Shown here: piece after piece, positions 47,994 to 55,153 of the stretch
How positions within the stretch are numbered: position 1 is the first letter of the stretch
Layout: every line of letters begins with the position of its first letter
Source of the DNA: Octopus sinensis
Taxonomy: Eukaryota
Length of the DNA: 55,153 nucleotides
Assembly (NCBI RefSeq): GCF_006345805.1
Contig: NW_021833754.1
Location: 1-55,153, forward strand
Reading direction: 5' to 3'
Made by a program: the position numbers and the translations under genes
The notes under the pieces: model-generated
What the model saw: the letters and a program-made list of their open reading frames with translations, nothing else
What the model was told of the DNA's origin: nothing
Databases searched by the model: none

Positions 47994-49124
47994 ACATGAA
48001 AGTCTGATGTTAATCGAAAGCAGTCAACTGTTGTTAAATATAACAATGAGTAAATTGCTGCGAGTGTTTCAGGATGAATAGTTCTACAGCTAACCAACAA
48101 ATATAGAAGCTAAATCCCTCTCAAATAACATCTAAGAAGAAGGCCACATTAAGTAGTGAAGTCTGGGGCCTCCTAATATGATGAATGTGGCTGGCATGGC
48201 TTGTATCACAGCTAGGTCTTCTGGGCTAGGGATGGATTTCGGGGGCCTAAACAACCTACAGTCAAGTTGTAGGACCAACCCACTAACTCCCCATCTCTCT
48301 TCACCCGTAACACCACTAACACCACTAACGTCCCTACTAATACTACTAACAGGCCTCTCCCCTTACTATTAACACTACTAACAGCACTACAGCTGGTTGT
48401 AGATGTTGTTTTAGTAGAGATCAACCCTGTCACATGTTGGCTGACCTTGATCAAAATCGTTCCAATCTCATTTACCCTGACGGTGTATGTCAGGCTCCAT
48501 TGATTAATTAACGCCCTCTCTTAATTATCGATTGATTGGGCTGCGATTTCAACGACAGCATATAAAGCTTTAATGACTGGTCAGATTATATCTTTTAATG
48601 TTTAAACTAACATAGGAACACTCCGTAACACCAAGTTCCAATTAAATATAGGAAAGACCACATATTTGACACCGAGTGCCCATGGAACATAGCAAAGAGC
48701 AGACGTACATATGATATGAAGCTCCTGTAACATCCTGTTTATGTTAAAGATGGCACAGAATATATTTATATCATATAACTCTTGCTGACAACACCATAAA
48801 GAGTAATCCTAACAGACAGCAGTAATATGGATGCAATATTTCTTCACCAACATCCAGCAATTGTTTATAATATGTTGTCAATAATTCGTACAGCAAAAGT
48901 CAGAGATTGTTATCAAAAACACTGATACCATATTTCGTACACCAATATCCTGGAATTGTCAACAATACCACAGAGAATATATTTATAACATACAACAATT
49001 ATTCAAAATATAGCCTGTGATCAAGTGATATCATTCAGTCTTTATTAATAATACACTAATCAACATCTACCAATTAAGCATTACATAATGACGGTTTAAT
49101 TCTCGGAGCTGCTATTGGTTTAGA

Positions 49125-49900
49125 TCTTGGCACAATGCCAGCAGTTTCGGAGAGGAGTGACTTGATTTAGATCAATCCCAGTGCTCAATTGGTACCTATT
49201 TTATCGACCCCCAAGCGATGAATGGTAAAGTCGACCTAGACGGAATTTGAACTCAGAACGTAAAGACTGTCGAAATGCCGCTAAGCAATTTTTCTTGTCG
49301 TGGTAACGATTTTGCCAGCTTGCCGCCTTAAATTCTTGGAACTCATATTACTTTCTATTATAAGCACAAGGCCTGAAATTTCGGGAGAGGGTGTTAGTCG
49401 ATCAGATCGAATCCAGTACGCAACAGGTACTTAGGTTATCGACCCAGAAAGGATGAAAGGCAAAGTCGACCGCAGCGGAATTTGAACTCAGAACGTAGCG
49501 GCAGACGAAATACCTATTTCTTTACTACCCACGAGGGGCTAAACACAGAAAGGACAGACAAATGGATTAAGTCGATTATATCGACCCCAGTGGGTAACTG
49601 GTACTTAATTTATCGACCCCGAAAGGATGAAAGGCAAAGTCGACCTCGGCGGAATTTGAACTCAGAACGTAGCGGCAGACGAAATCCTATTTCTTTAACA
49701 CCCCCGGGGGGCTAAAACACAGAAAGGACAGACAAATGGATTAAGTCGATTATATCGACCCCAGTGGGTAACTGGTACTTAATTTATCGACCCCGAAAGG
49801 ATGAAAGGCAAAGTCGACCTCGGCGGAATTTGAACTCAGAACGTAACGGCAGACGAAATACCGCAAAACATTTCGCCCGGTGTGCTAACGTTTCTGCCAG
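49125..49900 (-). mobile_element. Family C SINE monomer (49125-49330) and trimer (49360-49900)
   Basis: Tandem junctions at about 49513 and 49686. Confidence 0.9.
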
Positions 49901-50254
49901 CACCTCGAGATTACCTGTCACAAACCACCTTCCACAAGTATTAACATATTTCTATTGCATTTCCTCTGAGAATAAACAAGGAATATACAATAATAACCAA
50001 TTCATGCTGCAACAACGTAACTGTTTTATCGTAATTGCAAAGGTGTTTATTACACTTTGGCATGTGCTGAAGATCTCGAAAACAGCCTTTATAAAAACAT
50101 TTGGTGTGTGTACCATACTGACGTTGTAACATCAACTTGCTAAAAGTGACTCAGCTATATCAACACAAGGTCATTGCTATCAATAACATGAAGGTTACAT
50201 AAATTAAATCTAACAATCATCTGTTGTAAACAGTTAACATTAATCTTTTCTACT

Positions 50255-50840
50255 GTAGGTACAAGGTCCAAACATTTTGGAGAGGGGGCCCAGTCAATTA
50301 GATCGACTCCAGTACGCAACTGGTACTTAATTTACCGATCCTGAAAGGCTGAAAGGCAAAGTCGACCTCGGCAGAGTTTGAACTCAGAATGTAAAGACAG
50401 TTGAAACACCGCTAAGCATTTCGCCCGGTGTGCTAACGTTTCTTATTTCTTTACTGCCCACAAGAGGCTACACACAGAGGGGGCAATCAAGGACAGACAA
50501 ACGGATTAAGTCTATTATATCGACCCCAGTGCGTAACTGGTACTTATTTAATCGACCCCGAAAGGATGAAAGGCAAAGTCGACCTCGGCGGAATTTGAAC
50601 TCGGAACGTAGCGACAGACGAAACACCTATTTCTTTACTACCCACAAGGGGCTAAACACAGAGAGGAAAAACAAGGACAGACAAACGGATTAAGTCGATT
50701 ATATCGACCGCAGTGCGTAACCGGTACTTATTTAATCGACCCTGAAAGGATGAAAGGCAAAGTCGATCTCAGCGGAATTTGAACTCAGAACGTAACAGCA
50801 GACGAAGTACAGCTAAGCATTTCTCCCGGCGTGCTAACGT
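50255..50840 (-). mobile_element. Family C SINE trimer
   Basis: Junctions at about 50444 and 50626. Confidence 0.9.
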
Positions 50841-51262
50841 TTCTGCCAGGTCGCCGCCTTACAGTCAATATTAATACTCCCATTCTAACACCCAGCTATT
50901 GTTAGCAACAATATGGAGGCTGCTTCTCCCATTCAGCTCCTGTTAGTAATAAATATGAAGAATATAGTAACAACCGCACACACACACACCTACTATTATT
51001 AATATCATGGAGGCTACATATATATATAACATATAACATCCATGTATTGCTCGCAATAACGTGGAGATTATAAATTCTTAACCATGGGGTCAACACTTAT
51101 CAACCAGCATCATTTAAAAGTCACGTTGATTTTTTTTTTATAAAGAGCTACTGGTCAGTGACCTATAAACAACAACCTCTTCCAGAGAGAATATTGGACG
51201 GCTTTAACAACAACACCAACAACAACAACACCACCACCACCACCACCACCACCACCACCACC

Positions 51263-51313
<51 letters not shown>

Positions 51314-51849
51314 CTCCCGAAGGATGTAACAAGGTCACTATATGAACCAGCCCTTATAAAATAGCTCTGAGATTATTTGAAGCACCAAACCTCCTCCAAA
51401 TGTCGGTATGATATTCGTAACCCAGACTAACTTCCGTCTGCTGCAACAGTGATTAAATAACTACCATGTCTTACAAAAAAAAAAAAAATATCAATTCTAT
51501 AAGATCTAATTCTTTCAACATGAAGACAACATCAAGACAATAAAACACATCTGATCTCAATAACCCATCAGCTCTTGATCTCAATAATGCCGTAGAGATT
51601 ATCATAACCACTACCTCCTGATCTAAACATTGCAGTAGAGACGCTACCAATTATATCTAGATCGCAACCGTGGCGTACAGATTATTATAACAACCAGCTC
51701 TTGATCATAAATACACTGCCAAGTGTATAATATTTATTTTATGGCCATAAGCAAAGTGTGCAAGTTATAACGTCCATCTCGTGGTTATAAATGCACTGTG
51801 CAGGCAACAACTTTTGTGATCATAAATACATTGTCAAGAGCAGAATTTC

Positions 51850-52175
51850 TGAACCGGGGTTCATATGGCCCTTGGGGGTCTATATAAGGTTTTGCTGTTA
51901 ATTAATTAAATTAACAAGTTAATTATATTTCTACAATGCACAAAATACTCACTCTCTCTTTTACTCTTTTACTTGTTTCAGTCATTTGACTGCGGCCATG
52001 CTGGAGCACCGCCTTTAGTCGAGCAAATCGACCCCAAGACTTATCCTTTGTAAGCCGAGTACATATTCTATCGGTCTCTTTTTGACGAACCGCCAAGTTA
52101 CGGGGACGTAAACATACCAGCATCGGTTGTCAAGCGATGCTGGTGGGGGGGGGACAAACACAGACACACAAACAT

Positions 52176-52206
<31 letters not shown>

Positions 52207-52520
52207 CATATATACCACATGCTTCTTTCAGTTTCCGTCTACCAAATCCACTCACAAGTCTTTGGTCGGCCCAAGGCTATAGTAGAAGGCACTTGCTCAA
52301 GGTGCCACGCAGTAGGACTGAACCCAGAACCATGTGACTGGTAAGCAAGCTACTTACCACATAGCCACTCCTTCAACAATTTTTTAATGCCATTCTTTAC
52401 AATATATAAGTATAAAAACGTAACGGAATTTTTTAAAACAGCGAATGGCTATGAGGATCCACCCGAGTAAAATAGAATTAAAAAGTGTTCACGGGTACGG
52501 AAAAGGTTGAGAAAGACTAG
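51850..52520. mobile_element. hAT/Charlie-type MITE remnant interrupted by a family B SINE (51955-52372, -)
   Basis: aaccggggttcatatggcccttgggggtctatataag...gaatggctatgaggatccacccgag...aaaaggttgagaaa parallels 38176-38590. Confidence 0.65.
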
Positions 52521-52669
52521 TCAAGACAATAACATCCATCTTGTGATCATAATTCCATTGCAAAAACTATATTCTCGAGGCCGTGACATCTATCTAGCAA
52601 TCTTACCTACATTTCAGTGACTTTTAACAGCCATCTCCAGCAGTACATGCACCTGGATGTCTTCTGGTA

Positions 52670-53622
52670 CTCCGTCGGTTACGAATGACGCGGGTTCCAG
52701 TCGATCCGATCAACAGAACAACCTGTTCGTGACATCAAAGTGCAAGTGGTTGAGCACTCCACACACACGTATAACCTTAAAGTAATTCTCGGGGACATTC
52801 AGCCTAATACAGAGTTTGACAAGGCTGGCCTCTTTTGAAATACATGTACTGCTCATTTTTGCCAGTTGAGTGGATTGGAGCAACTTGAAATAAAGTGTCT
52901 TGCTCAAGGATAAAACGCGTCACCGGGAATTGAACTCACGAACCTACGACCGTGAGCCGAATACCCTAGCCGCTAAGCCACGCGCCTTCACAACATAGAT
53001 GTATATACGTTTATTATACTACCCTTTATACTCTTTTACTCTTTTACTTGTTTCAGTTATTTGACTGTGGTGATGCTGGAGCACCGCCTTTAGTCAAGCA
53101 AATCTACCCCCGGACGTATCCTTTGTAAGCCTAGTACTTATTCTATCGGTCTCTTTTGCCGAACCGCCAAGTTACGGGGACGTAAACACACCAGCATCGG
53201 TTGTCGAGTGATGCTGGGGAGGGACAAACACAGACACACAAACATATACTCACACATACATATACATATATACATATGTATACATATATACGACGGGCTT
53301 CTTTCAGTTTCCGTCTACCAAATCCACTCACAAGGCTTTGGTCGACCCGAGGCTATAGAAGAAGACACTTGTCCAAGGTGTCACGCAGTGGGACTAAACC
53401 CGGCCCTTTGAAATACAGGTACAACAGAAACAGGAAGTAAGAGTGAGAGAAAGTTGTGGTGAAAGAGTACAGCAGGGATCACCACCATCCCCTGCCGGAG
53501 CCTCGTGGAGCTTTTAGGTGTTTTCGCTCAATAAACACTCACAACGCCCGGTCTGGGAATCGAAACCGCGATCCTATGACCGCGAGTCCGCTGCCCTAAC
53601 CACTGGGCCATTGCGCCTCCAC
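52670..53622 (-). mobile_element. Abutting SINEs: family A (52670-52990), family B (53025-53400), family A subfamily (53401-53622)
   Basis: Matches to the respective family copies above. Confidence 0.9.
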
Positions 53623-53844
53623 ATTGTCAACAGTATACTTTTGCTGAATCGACCATGTCTGTGTATATAATCGAACTTGGCAAAGATTTGTCAGAATGAA
53701 ATGATTTGGTTGTCTCATTATCTCATTGTATTGGATTGTTATTGTCGTTGTTTTTAAGATTCCGGTCAACCTTGATGCCATACACTTATGACCGAAGGTT
53801 CCAGTCGTAAAAATTATCTATTTTTGTTGCTGGCTTTTTAATAC

Positions 53845-53962
53845 CTACCTACCTACCCCTACCTACCTACCTACCTACCTACCTACCTACCTACCTACCC
53901 CTACTTACCTACCTACACCTACCTACCTACCTACCTACCTACCTACATACATACCTACCTAC

Positions 53963-54020
<58 letters not shown>

Positions 54021-54056
54021 CTATCTATCTGTCTGTCTGTCTGTCTGTCTATCTAA

Positions 54057-54110
<54 letters not shown>

Positions 54111-54175
54111 GTCTGTCTGTCTGTCTGCCTGCCTGCCTGTCTGTCTGTCTGTATGTATGTATGTATGTATGTATG
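53845..54175. repeat. Compound tetranucleotide array stepping CCTA > TCTA > TCTG > TGTA
   Basis: Read directly. Confidence 0.95.
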
Positions 54176-54533
54176 TAAAACCATATGCAATTTATGCATG
54201 TAAAATAAACCTTATTCATTACTTACAAAATGGTTTCTGATTTTGTCCCAAGGTAATCTAATTTTAGGAAAGGAGTTTGTCGATACCATTGCGTCCGTTA
54301 CTTGGCAGGTGTTATATTTTATCGACCTTGAGAGATAAAGAGCACAGTTGATCTTGGGAGGATTTGGATTCGGCGGCGACGACGATGATGGCGGCTGCGA
54401 CGACGTGATGGTGATGACGATGTTAACAGCAACGATGACGATGTTGGTGGCAGCGATAGTTGCTGCGATGGCCACAGTGATGACAAAGTAGATGATTATA
54501 AAGACGGCGACGACAACAACGACTAGAACGACG

Positions 54534-54571
<38 letters not shown>

Positions 54572-55153
54572 GCACACCACCACACACACACACACACGCA
54601 CACACACACACACACACACGCACACACACACACACACAGGGTTTACAAGGCGGAAATAAATAGAACCCATTACAGTGAATAATTTATTTACTACCTTCAT
54701 GTTATTTAACCCCTTCTTGGTCTTGATAGAACAGGCCTATACTTAAAAGGAATCTATGCTTTTTATTCAGACACAATGTACATATAAGATTAGATATTTA
54801 TTTAACGAGTTGCTATTTCTAGTCGGTTGAGTGACCACTATGAGATTCTGCCCCTCATTTATATATGGTTCAAAATTGTATAAAAACAAAACGAAACAAA
54901 ACATATAAAACAAGAGACAGAGACAGGTGAGGCAACAAAAAACAAAATGTATTAGTTTGACGCTCAGGATAAATGGAAAAGTATTTGACGTTTCGAGCAT
55001 ATGATCCTCTATAGAAAAGAATAAGAGAGGAAAAAAAGATGGAGAAAGGAGAAGAAAAAACGATGAGAAAAAATGTGTTTGGATTAACAGTTGCAGAGGC
55101 GAGGCTGTATGTTAAGAAGCTTGCTTCCTAACCACATGGTTCCAAGTTCAATC

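Noticed and set aside
48212-48454. 80-aa minus-strand ORF with a TM-like LLVVLVGTLVVLVVL segment
   Set aside because: The hydrophobic run derives from degenerate GTA/GTG/TTA repeats; no splice sites or family motif recognised.
49360-49900. Regularly spaced repeats superficially like a CRISPR array
   Set aside because: The units are full-length SINE monomers with no unique spacers; eukaryotic context and no cas genes.
54494-54520. GATTATAAAGACGGCGACGACAAC = DYKDGDDN, resembling a FLAG tag (also DYKDGDYND near 47295)
   Set aside because: Coincidence within a GAC/GAT-rich repeat; two diverged genomic copies and no vector context.

Overview
Repeat-dense animal genomic DNA, most likely an octopus (inferred from the SINE families and extreme microsatellite load; not verified by search). 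No prokaryotic features, CRISPR arrays, rRNA or true tRNA genes were found. Two minus-strand protein-coding genes are supported. (1) An intronless 716-aa VIT+vWA protein of the VWA5A family (32195-34345). (2) A four-exon gene the ORF track does not assemble (11965-11890, 3871-3724, 1414-1283, 1176-1131). All its introns are GT-AG with matching phases, giving a 133-aa type I membrane protein: signal peptide, C-C-CC-CC ectodomain, TM helix and short tail (Shisa-like/STMC6 architecture). The main non-coding signal is a set of type I hammerhead-ribozyme motifs from about 4-6 sequence families, with the palindromic helix III typical of Penelope-like retroelements (PLEs). One pair flanks a recognisable Penelope ORF C-terminus as inverted pseudo-LTRs; others sit in fold-back palindromes within (TA)n tracts. 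Every ribozyme copy carries at least one defect, so activity is unproven. The rest is three tRNA-derived SINE families (one forming concatemers with recurrent junctions), R4/Dong-like, RTE and L2-like LINE remnants, mariner/Tc1 and hAT remnants, a 2-kb 36-bp minisatellite and an AP-1/CRE/CCAAT motif cluster. Most long ORFs in the track are microsatellite artefacts. Repeat boundaries are approximate (about 10-20 bp); exon and ribozyme coordinates were counted by hand.
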